Of a DNA stretch of 64,000 bases, positions 51,901-64,000 are shown one piece after another. The stretch spans positions 52,390,001-52,454,000 of the forward strand of contig NW_027266308.1 of the NCBI RefSeq assembly GCF_022045235.1, given 5' to 3'. The notes under the pieces are model-generated. The model worked only from the letters and a program-made list of their open reading frames with translations. It searched no databases and was not told where the DNA came from. Position 1 is the first letter of the stretch. Each line of letters begins with the position of its first letter. Source of the DNA: Haliotis cracherodii (taxonomy: Eukaryota). A program made the position numbers and the translations under genes.

Positions 51901-54900
51901 GGCCAGGAGGCAGGACCCAGGTCAGTCCGGACTGGACATACACCATAACCCAGTGACATTTTAACTGGAACCGAAAACAACATTACTTGATATATGTATT
52001 TTGAAAGATAAGATCAAAATGACACCTATTCTGCTGATGTCATCTCATTTGACACCAGACAGAATGAGAGAGATAAGGATAAAAGAATCTGTGAGGACAT
52101 CGAGATAAATTGTATTGTACAAAGTTGATAAAATGTCAGGTATTGACTGAATGTTTTCTCTTGTGTATCCTAAATTTGAAAATCAGTGTTTATGATAATG
52201 TTGCCATGGTGCTGCATGGCAGCCTTGATGGTTTTCGGCAGATCTAATTCTTGTCCAAACATTATGTAATGCTTTTGAACTTTTGGATAAATTGCGACAA
52301 TGCTTGCAATTTCTATTACCTTCTATGTCCTTCAGAGTCCAATAAGAAACAAAAGAGTGTACGTTTCAACATTGCTGGACATGACCAGAATGGTGAGAGT
52401 GAAGCAGACGACGGACCAGATATCAGTATTGAACAGCAGCGAGATCTCTCTATTTATCGCAGTTTCTGTGCTATCAGGAACATCATGGATGCCATCGCCT
52501 TCTGTTCTGACAATGCAGATCTTGAATTAATGAACCCTATCTGTGTGAGGAAAGCCCCTCGGCCGCGGAGTCTCTCGAAATCCTTCACATGCGAAGTGAG
52601 TGTCAGCAGCAGTGAGGGAGAAGACAGCAGCAGCCAGTACCCTCAAAACATCAGCAGGTCTGTCTCGGCCAACTTCACCAGGTCTACCTCGGAAAACATC
52701 AGTCAGGTGATTGATAAGGACAGCTTTCAGGATCTGTATGATCAGTGTGTGACTCAGAAACTGATGGACACCCAGAACCACCTGAAGAAACTACATCCGT
52801 TAACATACAGGGTTGAAGTGCTGGAGGATATATTTTCTTTACTGTTTGCCACACATCGGGATGTCCAGGAATGTTCCAACACAGCTGATTTTGATAGTGA
52901 TGAAGGAGGCGAGGATGGGAGCAAGAGGAACAGCCAGGAGAATATGTCCCTCAACACTTCACTCATTTCAGAGGAGGATACATCACCACTGGCCCTGAAG
53001 ACGGATTTTTACTCAAGCCAGCCACCGCCACTAAGTAGTCAAAGTGTCCCTGCAAGTGGATCAGGTTATGATGAACCATTCCGGGAAGATCCCCCTGTAC
53101 AAGTATCTCAGTCTGTCCACAAGAAAGTCCGAGTTCCTCAGGATCAGTTGGCTGAGGAGGTGAAGAAGTCAGCATCTGCTCTACTCAACTCAGACAACAC
53201 CAAGATGACGATCAACTCCACTGGGAAAAGAGCTCATGGGGCTGGAGAGGAAATAGATAAATGTGAGGTTTTCAAGCTAGGATTTCTAGCAAATGAATAT
53301 CTTGTACGGGACCTTCTTGCAATGCTGAAGGAGTCCCTTCTTAATATCAATGCTGTCAGATATAAACTGACTGGACAGAAGTCAGATTTAGGTAAAAAGT
53401 CGGAGCAGAAGGGAAACTCAGATACACTGCATGTTACTCCTGCCATGGAGGAGGCTCTTACACAGATTGTCAAGTCAAGTGTTGTTCCAGAAACATTACA
53501 GAAGAGGCTGACCAGACTCACCCAGTATATACATGAGGCGCAGTGGCGTTTCCAGCTGGTGTCACATGACCAGTTGCCCAAGCAACCAGGTCAGGTTCTT
53601 CAGAGGCCGGTGTTTGTTCCTGGAGATGATAACTTTGATGTATGCAGGTCAGATGGATGGAGAAAGGGAAGATCTAGAAGTCCAAACAAGGACAAGAGAT
53701 CAGGTATTTGTATTAGCATTCTCAAGATGAGGGTTTCCACAGGTTAGAGAAGGTTAGCGAAATTCAAGATCAGGGTCCACTTGCACAAAGCGATCTAGCG
53801 CTAAGACTATCGTAAGCCTATGTAAGGGAGTATGGGAGTTCCAATCATCTTAGCACTAAGATCACTTTGTGCAAGCGGGCCCAGGTAATGTTTCAGCACT
53901 TCGATAACAGTCAATAAAAAATGGTATTTTCATAAAATTCAAGGAGTTTTATAATTTTAAATCGGTGAATACTTTTATTGCTCAAGTATTGGCTTTACTC
54001 TATGTCTTCTTTTGATTTTAAATATTGACCTCTGTTCATAAAGAAAGTAGATACTGATTGAATTTGAATTGTTTTCCATTTTGAATATTTCAAATCTGTA
54101 GGAACCCTTTAAACTCATATTAATGACTTGCCAAGTTGGATATTTTAAGCAGAGAGGCATACAATTGTATTCTATAATGGCAATGTTTGGATGGCTTTCA
54201 TGACAGCTTCTACCTTGTTTACAGCAACTGATACATTACCAGCATACCACAGAAAGAAAGTATTATTTTGATCAATAGCCTACTTTCACAAACATTAGCA
54301 GTAAGTGACAAGATGTTTTTATTTTGAAGCATCACCGACGTTGAACGGAGAGAATGAGATGCAGGGTATCCCAGGTGATGATCGAGTCCGACATAGGCGA
54401 TCGTCTGGTGTGTCTAGGGCAAGCTTTAGCACTCAGAGCAGGCTAGTGCAAGCAGGTCTGGAGATAATTCCACTGATGCTGTCAACACCAGACACCCTGC
54501 TGACTATGAGCTTATCAAAGGGAAACTTTGCACAGGCAGCCCAAGTCATCAAGGTGAGTTTTGGTTGGAAATGTTTGAAGTAAATCTGTGATGGAAAGAA
54601 TTAATTTTAACTGTTGTTGTCTGAAGAACAGACACATCAACTGTAGTACTTAATAGATATGTCAACTAGACAACTGGGAGATTGTCCCACAATGTTAAAC
54701 AACTCACTGTGAATTGTAAGTCTGGATGAGCTAACGGTTGAAGTCAATGCTGCACACTGAGGATGTCAAAGGGGTGTCTTATCCTATCTCACACTATGCA
54801 TTTCTTCCTTTTTCTTTTGATATTTGGAAAACATGCTTGAAACAAGGTTTCCGTTTCTAAAAACGAATCAGCGAACACATCCTAGCATCACCATGGTCAC

Positions 54901-57900
54901 CACCTAAATGGGTCACGCACTGAAACTCTTGTTTTCTTTAGACTACAGAACTGGATTCTGTTCTGCTGATCTTCCTTTTCATTATGAACACAAATGCTAC
55001 AACAAAGCATTAAATAACTGTATTGATAAATTGTGTGCTAATAAAACAATACATGAAATTAGTCACATATATTTTGTCTCTGAGGAATATGCCTTAGATG
55101 CTTTATATAGCCTAGGAAAAACTTCAATATCAATATTTTAAACTTTTAGTAATCGTGCTTGAGAAAGTGTTTTCTTATCAAAATACTCTTTCACAATGGT
55201 GATTTCAGTTCAATTAGAGGTAGGTTATAGACTCCAGAGTGTCATTTTTTTAGTATCTTCTAGGGTCACAGTAGAAGAAATATTCATTCTGATTTCAGTT
55301 GTTTAAGCTTGAGAAGTCAGAAGCCGCAGAAGAGGTGTCATTTTCTGAGGCTTATCACAAAGCTGCAAACAAAGTGGCAACCCTAGAAAGTTCAACAAGG
55401 GAGAGAACTGGTGCTTCATCTAACCTAGGCAGACCTAGCATGAAGGCCTTGGCTAAAGTAGCAGCTGCAGGAGTTGCTTCAGCCTCGCTCTCAAATGTGA
55501 CAGATGAGCTGTTGTCTGGCCAGATTATTCCCAGCTTGCCAAAGCCAAAGACCACCTCAAACATGCCTGAGAACATTATGAGATTATTCAAGGAAATTGA
55601 TGTCAGTACTGCAATACTTTTAGACCTTGTGTGTACCTCATGTAGGACATGGGACTTGTGCAATAAACTCTTTGATATTATCAAGACTAAAGTAACCATT
55701 GACAATGAGATGAGTGAAGACATTGGCTGGAGGGACAGTGCTGGTCTGAGTACCTCGAGCAGAAAATCAAAGAGCGACGGTGGGCTGAAAGGGGCACTAA
55801 CATTCCTTAGACAAGTGGAGAAATTAGTGCATAGTTTTGCAGATGATTCTAATATTGGGAAAATATTCACAGATGGTGGGCCAATGACATCGTCAAAGCC
55901 AAGCCTAGAGAGGCAAATGAGAACTGGAACTTGTCCTCTTGTATCTGAAAAAGTGAACACTTTTGTTAGTGTTGTTGAGGATGTTAGAAGATGGGTTGAC
56001 AAAATTAATAGGGCCTTTGAAAATGTGAACAGGCGTGATAGTTTGCAGTTGCCAGAAACCTCACCTCAGGTGTCTCCCAAGGACTCATCACCCAAGTTCA
56101 AGGACTCATCACCTAAGGCCAAGGACACACCAAGGTCATCTCCAATACACAGTGCCTACAAGCAGTTTTGTACAGCACTAGAGAGATGTGCACCGAAAGG
56201 TGGCCTGGTGTACCTCCTCAAACGGTGAGATCTAGTTCCATTAGTGTCATCTCAGAGGTTGTATGTTTAATATTTGTGTGTGGTATGCTTGTCATCATTT
56301 TGTAGTTAAATATTTCGTAATTGTAAAATTGATTTTGAAGGTTAACTACACTTATGTGTGTCTGGTATGTGTATGTGTTACTTTCTGTTTGATGATTGAA
56401 ACCACAAGAGACTGCCAGAAACACAACTCATTACCAGCATCATCTTCCCGAGGCAAGCGTGTCCACTAGCCTATATTAAAGTCTAGTGTCTACCCGAGGC
56501 AAGCGTGTCCACTAGCCTATATTAGTCTAGTTTCTACCCGAGGCAAGCGTGTCCACAATTCTATATCAAAGTCTAGTGTCTACCCAAGGCAAGCGTGTCC
56601 ACAATTCTATATCAAAGTCTAGTGTCTACCCGAGGCAAACGTGTCTACTAGCCTATATCAAAGTCTAGTGTCTACCCGAGGCAAGCGTGTCCACTAACCT
56701 ATATCAAAGTCTAGTTTCTACTCGAGGCAAGCGTGTCCACTAGCCGATATCAAAATCTAGTTTCTACCCGAGGCAAGCGTGTCCACTAGCCTATATCAAA
56801 GTCTAGTTTCTACCCGAGGCAAGCGTGTCCACTAGCCTATATCAAAGTCTAGTTTCTACCCGAGGCAAGCGTGTCCACTAGCCTATATCAAAGTCTAGTT
56901 TCTACCCGAGGCAAGCGTGTCCACTAGCCTATATCAAAGTCTAGTTTCTACCCGAGGCAAGCGTGTCCACTAGCCTATATCAAAGTCTAGTTTCTACCCA
57001 AGGCAAGCGTGTCCACTAGCCTATATCAAAGTCTAGTTTCTACCCAAGGCAAGCGTGTCCACTAGCCTATATCAAAGTCTAGCTTCTACCCAAGGCAAGC
57101 GTGTCCACTAGCCTATATCAAAGTCTAGTTTCTACCCAAGGCAAGCGTGTCCACTAGCCTATATCAAAGTCTAGTTTCTACCCAAGGCAAGCGTGTCCAC
57201 TAGCCTATATCAAAGTCTAGTTTCTACCCGAGGCAAGCGTGTCCACTAGCCTATATCAAAGTCTAGTTTCCACCCGAGGCAAGCGTGTCCACTGGCCTAT
57301 ATCAAAGTCTAGTTTCTACCCAAGGCAAGCGTGTCCACTAGCCTATATCAAAGTCTAGTTTCTACCCGAGGCAAGCGTGTCCACTAGCCTATATCAAAGT
57401 CTAGTTTCTACCCGAGGCAAGCGTGTCCACTAGCCTATATCAAAGCCTACTTTCTACCCTTGCCAGATCAAGGCCACTTTTCTTAGCACGATCCAGGTGC
57501 CACATTACGTAGAGTTGTGCCCCTTGTAATGAAAATGAGATATCCAATCAGATTGTTGTTCTCAGATCTCGTATGATTCACAAAGATGGCGACTACCATA
57601 GGCGATGACCTAGTCGATCAGATAACGAAAACATTCCTGACTTCACCCCTGACACAAAACATAGGCTCTGTGGGTTTTAAATATGGAATATTTGTGTCAA
57701 CAAAGACAAGCAGTGGTATATCACTTTCATACAAATGTGTACCAGTTGTGGATGTTGACTATGTGCAATAGTCTAATCATATTTAGCACAGGAAATAGGG
57801 CTTGATGTTGCGAGGGTGGAAACAAGTCTTTGATAAAAAAGACTGCTTGAAGCTCTTGCCTTGGGAAGGGCAGAATTGGTCCCAAATACTCAATGCTAAT

Positions 57901-60900
57901 GGTAACAGCAATTTAATGGTGGATTAGATGGACGAAATGGCTGCAGTCAAGTGACATGATTGATACTCAGTTTCAGCCACAGGTCACCCTGCTTCATCTC
58001 TTTGGATGGAACTTTGTAGGCAGGCACAATACCATCTCTTTTCTATGACTATCATAGCGCTAAGTTTGCTTTGTGGATCAAATTGTCACAGGGGATTTAC
58101 TTGACTCTGTTGTAACTGCTGTGCAGAATGTGTCCCTAAGGCTTGCCAGGAATCTATGATCGTGGGTTCATATTCTGGTTTACTCTGATCATGTTTCTAG
58201 TTTTGTCAGCAACATATCCGTGCTAGTGGATCTCAACAGGATGGTAGACATCTAAAACCTGCATCACTTTGGGCTTTCCTCCCACATGAAGCTGACACAC
58301 TCCGATGTAACTGAAATACTGTTCAAAGCCATGCTAAACCCAACTCACTCAGCCTTACAGCATGGTACTGGGGACCAATTCTAACACAGAAAGACGGAAA
58401 CTACATGCCTCAATCTTGTCAATTTGACCTGTAATTGAATCTGCTTGCTTTTTCCATTAAAGTTAAAGTATGGGAGTTACAACTGTCTTAGCACTAAGAT
58501 CACTTTGTGGAATGGGTCTCTGGTCCTTGGATGGATGACTACGGTCCAGGCATCAGGGCCAACTTGCACAAAGTGATCTTAGCGCTGAGACTATTGTAAG
58601 CCTATGTTAAATTATGGGAGTTACGATTACCTTAGCGCTAAGATCGGTTTCATCTGTGAAGATCAGGGTTAGAATAGGTCTTCAGCAACCCATGCTTGCC
58701 GTAAAAGGTGACTATGCTTGTCGTAAGAGGCAACTAAGGGGATAGGGTGGTCAGACTCACTGACTTGGTTGATGCATGCCATCGTATCCCAATTGCGTGG
58801 ATCGATGCTCATGATGTCAATCACTATATTGTCTGGTCCAGACTAGATTATTTACAGACTGCCGTCATATAGCTGGAATATTGCTGATTGCGGCCTTAAA
58901 CAACAAACAAACAAATTGTGCACGTGGGTCCTGATCTTACTGACTCCCACAAAGCAATTTTTGCACACTGACTATTGCAACTTTTCCTACTTCTTCACGT
59001 GGTAATGTTACATTTACTTGGTCAGTTCAGGCCCTTTTCACCAAGCCGTCATAGTGCTACAACTGTTGTAAGTCTGTGTTGAAGTATGGGAATTACCGTA
59101 GCCGTACTGTTGCTGTGTGGAACAGGGCCCTGGTACTTTTAGAGGGAGTTGTTTGCAGACCTCAGATGTGTCTGTATTGTTGCTATGGAAGTAAACCTCT
59201 TCCGTTTGTTTGCTGCCTGCTTATAGCAGTGATGTCATGGATTGTTTCACCTTCCAGGTATGGCGTGGAGTCATCTCATGAAAAGAGTTACCTTCATAGT
59301 CTGTATGAACATGTACGGGAACTTGCAATACTTGTAGCAGAATGTGACGGCAGAACCAAAGGTGAGCATCGACAGTCAACAAATCACTGATCATGTGTTT
59401 TGAACATTATTTAAAATGATAGTTTATGACATGAAATAGTGATATATATATCATTCATTGTGAAGATGGGGTTACATGTGGCCCTGAAGGGCAGAATTGG
59501 TCCCAAATACTCAATACTAATGGTAACAGCAATTTAAATATGGATAAGATGGACAAAATGGCTGCAGTCAAGTGACATACCCTGATGGCATGATTGATAC
59601 TCAACTTCACTGATCATGTGTTTTGAACATTATTTAAAATGATAATTTATGACCTGAAATAGTGATATATATATCATTCATTGTAATGGTGGGGTTACAT
59701 GTGGCCCTGTTATGTGAGAAGCCACAATTTGTTGTCTAGAGTTGTGTCCCTTACGCAGCCCAGAACCCAATGGTCATGGGTTTGAATCCCATATTTGCCC
59801 TGATTATGTTTCTAGAGTTGTCAGCATATACTCCTGCTCATACCTTTCACCAAAGTCTTTCCTTTGACATCAAGCTGAAATCTGGTGACATAACTGAAAT
59901 ATGATACTGGTCAAAGTGTTGTTCACATGGTTAAACCAAACACGCGCCAACCAATTGTAATTATTTTACAATGCTGTGTAAGTGTATTAGTAGTAGGGGG
60001 GGCACGGGTGGCCCAGTCGTCTAAGGTGACATGATTCGCTGTGCAGAGTTGCGTCCCTTGGGCACGCCTGAAACCTATGATTGTTGGTTCGAATCCCGGT
60101 TCGCCCCGATTATGTTTCTAGGTTTGTCAGCACCGTACCTGTGCTAGGGGGTTTCACCGAAGTGGTAAACGCCTGAGACCTGCATCACTTCGGGCTTTCC
60201 TCCCACATTAAGCTGACACGCCATGATATAACTGGAATACTGTTAAAAGCGGCGTTAAACACAACTCACTCACTACTAGTAGTAAAGGCAGCAGCAGGTA
60301 TTAAATTTAAGTATGATGATTTCATTATATGTGCAAGGATGAGAACATGTAGTGTAAATCAGAGGTGAGGTGAAGTGAAATGCGGTTAAACACGCCTTCA
60401 AGATTGTTGCACTTATATAGCGATGTGCATGTTCGCAGCTGCTTGTACTAGCCCGGACTTATGTCGATTGATAGTGCTAGCCCACTGAAATACCATGACC
60501 CAGTTTAACATGAATACCCAACTCAGACACAGTATACTGACCATGCTGACTCCGAGCCGACCAGTCCTTATTTTAGCCCCTTAGTGCCAACCACGGAGGC
60601 GGTCTTGTAAATCAGAAGCCTCTGTAAATTTCATATTCGGGAACACTATGTTTGATGGAGATCTGCACAAGAAGAAACTGCAGTCTGGGTAATTGCCCAT
60701 GGCATGTGTTCATTGTGGTATTAAAGTAGAGACATGTTTTGCATCTTTCAGAGACCCTGATCGTGCCACAGAACTACTTTGAGATGTTGCGGGAAGGACC
60801 AGTCACCATCTTGGGAAGGCTGATGTTTGCCAAGAGAATGATTCCATCTAGGTAATTGATACATGTTAATAGTGCGTGTGCGTGTGTGTGTGCGTGTCTG

Positions 60901-62505
60901 TCTGTTTGTCTGTCTGTCCGTCTGTACTCTTTATTCGTAATATTGTTAAAGGTAAGCACTAGCAGAGAGTTCATTTTATTGTGATATAGGGGTGGAATAT
61001 ACTTTGTTTTCAATGATACATCCTGGTGTTAGGCACAAGCTCTTTTCTGTTCCAGATTGGAGACTGTGGCCCAAAAGTTGAGCCTCAACCTAACACACAT
61101 CATAGTCCACAGCTGCTGCCCCCGAATCCCTAGCAAACACCTGCCACCCTTGCTTGCCTTGCAACTGAACCAAGGTGAAGGTCATCCTGTCATTGTATCT
61201 ATGTCTGGTACGGGTAACTCAGGTACTCGGGTCGGGTGGGTACTCAGTAGGACCCGGGTACCCAAAGGACTACCCGGGTAGTACATTTAGACTCGTCCCA
61301 GCCCTAATTGTATCCTACAATTCAATTCAGTGTTTCTTTACAATTATGTTGATATAGATATTCTGACTTCTATTTTGTTGTTGTAAGTTACTGTAAGATT
61401 GAACTCTGCTTTTTTCAGATTATGAAGTATTTGGACCAAGGATAATTTACAACTCCAGTCAGCCTCCACCCCCATCCCCACCGCATCCTGAAGAGATTGT
61501 ACGCCATCTATTGGACAAGCTTATCACTTTAATGAAAGGTGAAAGACTTGGAGAGTATATTTTCTTCACCAGGTTAACCTTAGCGCATTTGCTCATGAAA
61601 ACACACAGTGCATGTTTTGGATTTTCACCTGATGGAATTACACTTAGCCATGGCATCTTTAGGAATAACGACTATCAAGATTTGGGTCATTGCTTGCAAA
61701 AGAACCTCTGACTCCAATCTGCATTTTATAACTGTGTCTGACCTATTCTTGTAGACTGCAATATCATTTTTAATTTGAATGGTTAAAAATACTCAACTGG
61801 CCTACAAATTATATTTGTAAACTTCCATTTGTTCTTATATTTTTACGTTAACATTGTTACCAATGCTAACAAACATTTCAGCTGTAATTCATAGTGTCTA
61901 CAGGTTGAAATTGAATAATAAATCAGTAAACATGGTCATGCTGGGATGTGTTTTTCTTGAAGTGTTTTTAAGAAGCTGGAAACTTACATGTTTCCATATA
62001 CCGGTATAAGAAAAAAAATGCATACTGTGAGATAGGATAAGTATATAAGAAGAAAATTTATAAGAACATTTCTATTTTTTTAGATAGGCCCTGTGAAACA
62101 CAATACATCAATTCTAATAGAAAAGTTGTAGTTCCACAACCTTGGTGCAACACATTCCATGTTGGCCATGTTGACAACATGTTTACCTGGCTTCATGAAG
62201 ACTTGATTAGTAGCTGCAGGAAATGTTGAGATCATCTGTTAGACTTAGCTAAACAATTCCCGATTTTCTTTGTAGATACTGCTGCTAAGTCCAATGCACA
62301 GAGTATATTTGACACATCATGTGCCAAGCTTGCTATGAAATCAGAAGAGTACCGAGACTTGTTGACCTCCACCAGCCAGCTACAGGAGGTCGACCTCTCG
62401 CAGCTTCACACCAGGCAGATGTCATTGTGCTTCTATGCCAATCTCCAGAACCTCATGACCATTCACCTGTTCCTGCACCAGATCTGGCAGAGGACTCTCA
62501 ATCAG
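42963..62505 (+). CDS. ZFYVE26: Spastizin/ZFYVE26 (SPG15), 5' part, continues beyond the window; exons 42963-43186, 44221-44311, 45387-45476, 46220-46897, 48322-48489, 49619-49707, 51742-51920, 52336-53703, 54330-54553, 55299-56224, 59258-59361, 60752-60851, 61056-61174, 61419-61538, 62276-62505
   Basis: N-terminal GQWELARACL, PHELSWLCL, PVVLLLGW, LEAHSVLFVLHQ, YRVEVLEDIFSLLF, EAQWRFQLV and IIVHSCCP resemble spastizin; all listed junctions are GT-AG and phase-consistent. Confidence 0.85.
44780..45287. mobile_element. Mutator-like MITE (CATCTTCCCGAGGCAAG TIR)
   Basis: 9-bp TSD ggaactaca/ggtactaca; TIRs at both ends. Confidence 0.8.
46969..47740. mobile_element. Foldback/MITE cluster
   Basis: TIR-like tagaatctcacc..gtgtcttttgatat versus atatcaaaagacac..ggtgagattct (47388-47420); inverted copy of 47007-47100 at about 47640-47735. 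Confidence 0.6.
48832..49345. mobile_element. hAT-like MITE (TAGGGCTGGG TIR); relatives at 2463-2822 and 61200-61306
   Basis: tagggctggg...cccagcccta; the internal segment 49190-49290 is the reverse complement of about 2500-2585. Confidence 0.7.
49781..50137 (+). mobile_element. tRNA-derived SINE family C (Meta/RUDI-like core); other copies at 10165-10591(-), 17075-17388(+), 35613-35750(-), 51150-51390(+), 60364-60604(-)
   Basis: tRNA head ggtctagtggtagagcg...ggttcgatcc; core gtcataccaaaagacg...gactggtcggctcggagtcagtata; (cacct)n tail; TSD c(a/g)tactatgttt. Confidence 0.88.
53772..53883. mobile_element. About 110-bp palindromic MITE (PIF/Harbinger-like); copies at about 16676-16775, 58555-58932 and 59029-59130
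   Basis: gggtccacttgcacaaagcgatc...gatcactttgtgcaagcgggccc. Confidence 0.7.
56441..57868. mobile_element. Mutator-like MITE (inverted relative of 44780-45287) whose left end is expanded into a 46-bp tandem array of about 22 copies (56446-57460)
   Basis: Unit CCCGAGGCAAGCGTGTCCACTAGCCTATATCAAAGTCTAGTTTCTA, period 46; 57460-57868 is the reverse-complement homologue of the 44780 element. Confidence 0.85.
59997..60273 (+). mobile_element. tRNA-derived SINE family D; partial copies at about 885-1060, 11943-12127, 21355-21470, 23050-23190, 30745-30960(-), 58090-58350, 59710-59940
   Basis: Head gtggcccagtcgtctaagg...ggttcgaatccc; tail aagctgacacgccatgatataactggaatactgttaaaagcggcgttaaac(actc)n; TSD ta(t/c)tagtagta. 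Confidence 0.85.
61200..61306. mobile_element. 107-bp hAT-like MITE with perfect 8-bp TSD
   Basis: attgtatc at 61192-61199 and 61307-61314. Confidence 0.8.
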
Positions 62506-62589
62506 GTATGTCAGCCACGTCTGTGGTCAGAAGAAATATTGTCTGTGTCTTGGAAATCATAGAAATGCCTGTTGGTGATTCCAGGACAT

Positions 62590-62846
62590 TTGGTTGGTTT
62601 GTTGTTTGATGCCGCACTCAGCAATGTTCCAGCTATATGACGATGGTCTGTAAATAATCGAGTCTGGACCAGACAATCCAGTGATTGACAGCATGAGCAT
62701 CGATCCACGCAATTGGGATCAATGGCATGTATCAACGAAGTCAGCAAGCCTGACCACCCGATCCCGTTAGTCGCCTCTTACGACTAGCATAATACGGCAA
62801 ATATGGGTTGCTGAAGACCTATTCTAGCCCGGAATCTTCACGGGTC
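62590..62846 (-). mobile_element. SINE family B (V-domain-like core, no tRNA head seen); other copies at 15609-15845(+), 16535-16855(+), 17880-18137(-), 19700-19830(-), 21115-21352(-), 26135-26368(+), 35236-35462(-), 47807-48070(+), 51480-51657(+), 58652-58915(+), 63951-63990(+)
   Basis: Shared acccgtgaagatccgg...gcttgtcgtaagaggcgactaa...gctggaatattgctgagtgcggcgttaaac(aaac)n. Confidence 0.85.
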
Positions 62847-62974
62847 GATTCCAGGACAGACATGATCCAAACTGACCCAGATGGTTACAATGAGTGACCT
62901 GTTACAACTGTGGGACACTGTGCCTCAACATGGATCATTGCTCATGCTTTCAACCCCTGGTTTTTCTGGCCCTT

Positions 62975-63855
62975 GTTATGTCACCCCCCACCCCCAAATG
63001 AGGGGAGACATACCGGTAGTGCTTTTGGCTAGGTTCCCATTGGCATTGGTGTCAGCATTCACATCCTATTCCGATCCATAACTTATAAAACTGTTCAGTG
63101 TTTTCAAATGAATCTTGGGATATGAATTGCTCATCAACTTAACTGGCGCCTTTTGCTTTTTTGAATTCTGTCAAAAGAAATTTTGTGTGTGTTGCCATGG
63201 AAAGAATTTCGACTTAGTCTCAAACGAGGGTATGGTTCATTTCTGGGACAAAATTTACAAATGTTTTTTTCTACAAAACTGAACATAAGCCTCACTGGTG
63301 CCTTCTGCTATTTTTTAAATTTCATTTTTTTATGTTTCCATGGAAACAATTTGGACTTAGTGTCACACAATTCTTGGCTTTTTCTGAGCCATGACTCTCA
63401 AACTAATGAATATTTTTGCATGAAATTATACATGTGCAATGACCATATGCTCAACTTAGGCCTTTTTAATTTTCTAATTTGTAGTGTTTCCATGGAAACA
63501 ATTTGGACTTAGTGTCACACAATTCTTGGCTTTTTTCTGAGCCATGACTCTCAAACTAATGAATATTTTTGCATGAAATTATACATGTGCAATGACCATA
63601 TGCTCAACTTAGGCCTTTTTAATTTTCTAATTTGTAGTGTTTCCGTGGAAACAATGTGGATTAAGTCTCAAACAAGTAGTGTTTGTTTCATCTCAAAACT
63701 CTACAGTTAATGAATATTCTTGCATGAAACCATTATCTTTCTAGGCTATGATTTGCATATTGTTTTTCAGATTTGAAAACATATTTACAGTCACATCTTA
63801 GCTAATGTATCCAAAAAAGAGGGGGAGACATGTTTTGAGTAAAAGCACATTCTAG
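62975..63855 (+). mobile_element. Helentron-associated (HINE/pearl-like) element with internal tandem repeats of about 152 bp (63338-63660)
   Basis: 5' ttatgtcacccc...ggggagacata; 3' gggggagacatg...ttctagt; near-identical internal duplicates. Confidence 0.55.
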
Positions 63856-64000
63856 TGTTACAATTGTTGTCAGTAGTGCAGAGCAACATTGACTCACTCA
63901 CTCCACTATAATTCCACTTTGTGAGATCTGATAGAATCAAAAGTTAAACACCAGTGAATATCTGGTTTAGAAGTGGTCTTCAGCAACCCTGATTATTTAC

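Noticed and set aside
55355-56002. 215-aa minus-strand ORF
   Set aside because: Antisense shadow of a ZFYVE26 exon
59997-60110. tRNA genes (here and at other A/B-box sites)
   Set aside because: They continue into SINE bodies with tails and TSDs and lack a complete cloverleaf
54778-62041. One large transposon defined by facing TIRs and carrying ZFYVE26 exons
   Set aside because: The enclosed exons are collinear and in phase with the flanking exons, and there is no matching TSD; more likely two independent lone ends

Overview
Eukaryotic, intron-containing, AT-rich animal DNA, probably a mollusc (inferred from the SINE/MITE repertoire). Protein genes reconstructed by hand with GT-AG, phase-consistent splicing are: ABRA/Costars-domain gene (+), COX16 (-, 4 coding exons), a divergent 2-exon Ser/Thr kinase (+), an orphan 146-aa Cys/His-rich ORF (-), a small + transcript carrying an unknown 62-aa single-TM microprotein immediately followed by NDUFB1, NEK2 (-), and the 5' part of ZFYVE26/spastizin (+), head-to-head with NEK2. 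Introns and intergenic DNA are dense in four SINE families, several MITE families, a DIRS RT relic, a Penelope-like remnant and four tandem arrays. The most notable observations are: (1) an apparently bicistronic mRNA in which splicing creates the ORF1 stop 2 nt before the NDUFB1 ATG; (2) a DUF547-like domain spliced into spastizin; (3) NEK2 with an 87-aa in-frame N-terminal extension and A/B-like alternative C-termini; (4) a SINE that appears to have truncated the kinase C-terminus; (5) a headless SINE whose sharp 5' end can fold into a pseudoknot. All family assignments are from motif recognition, not database searches.
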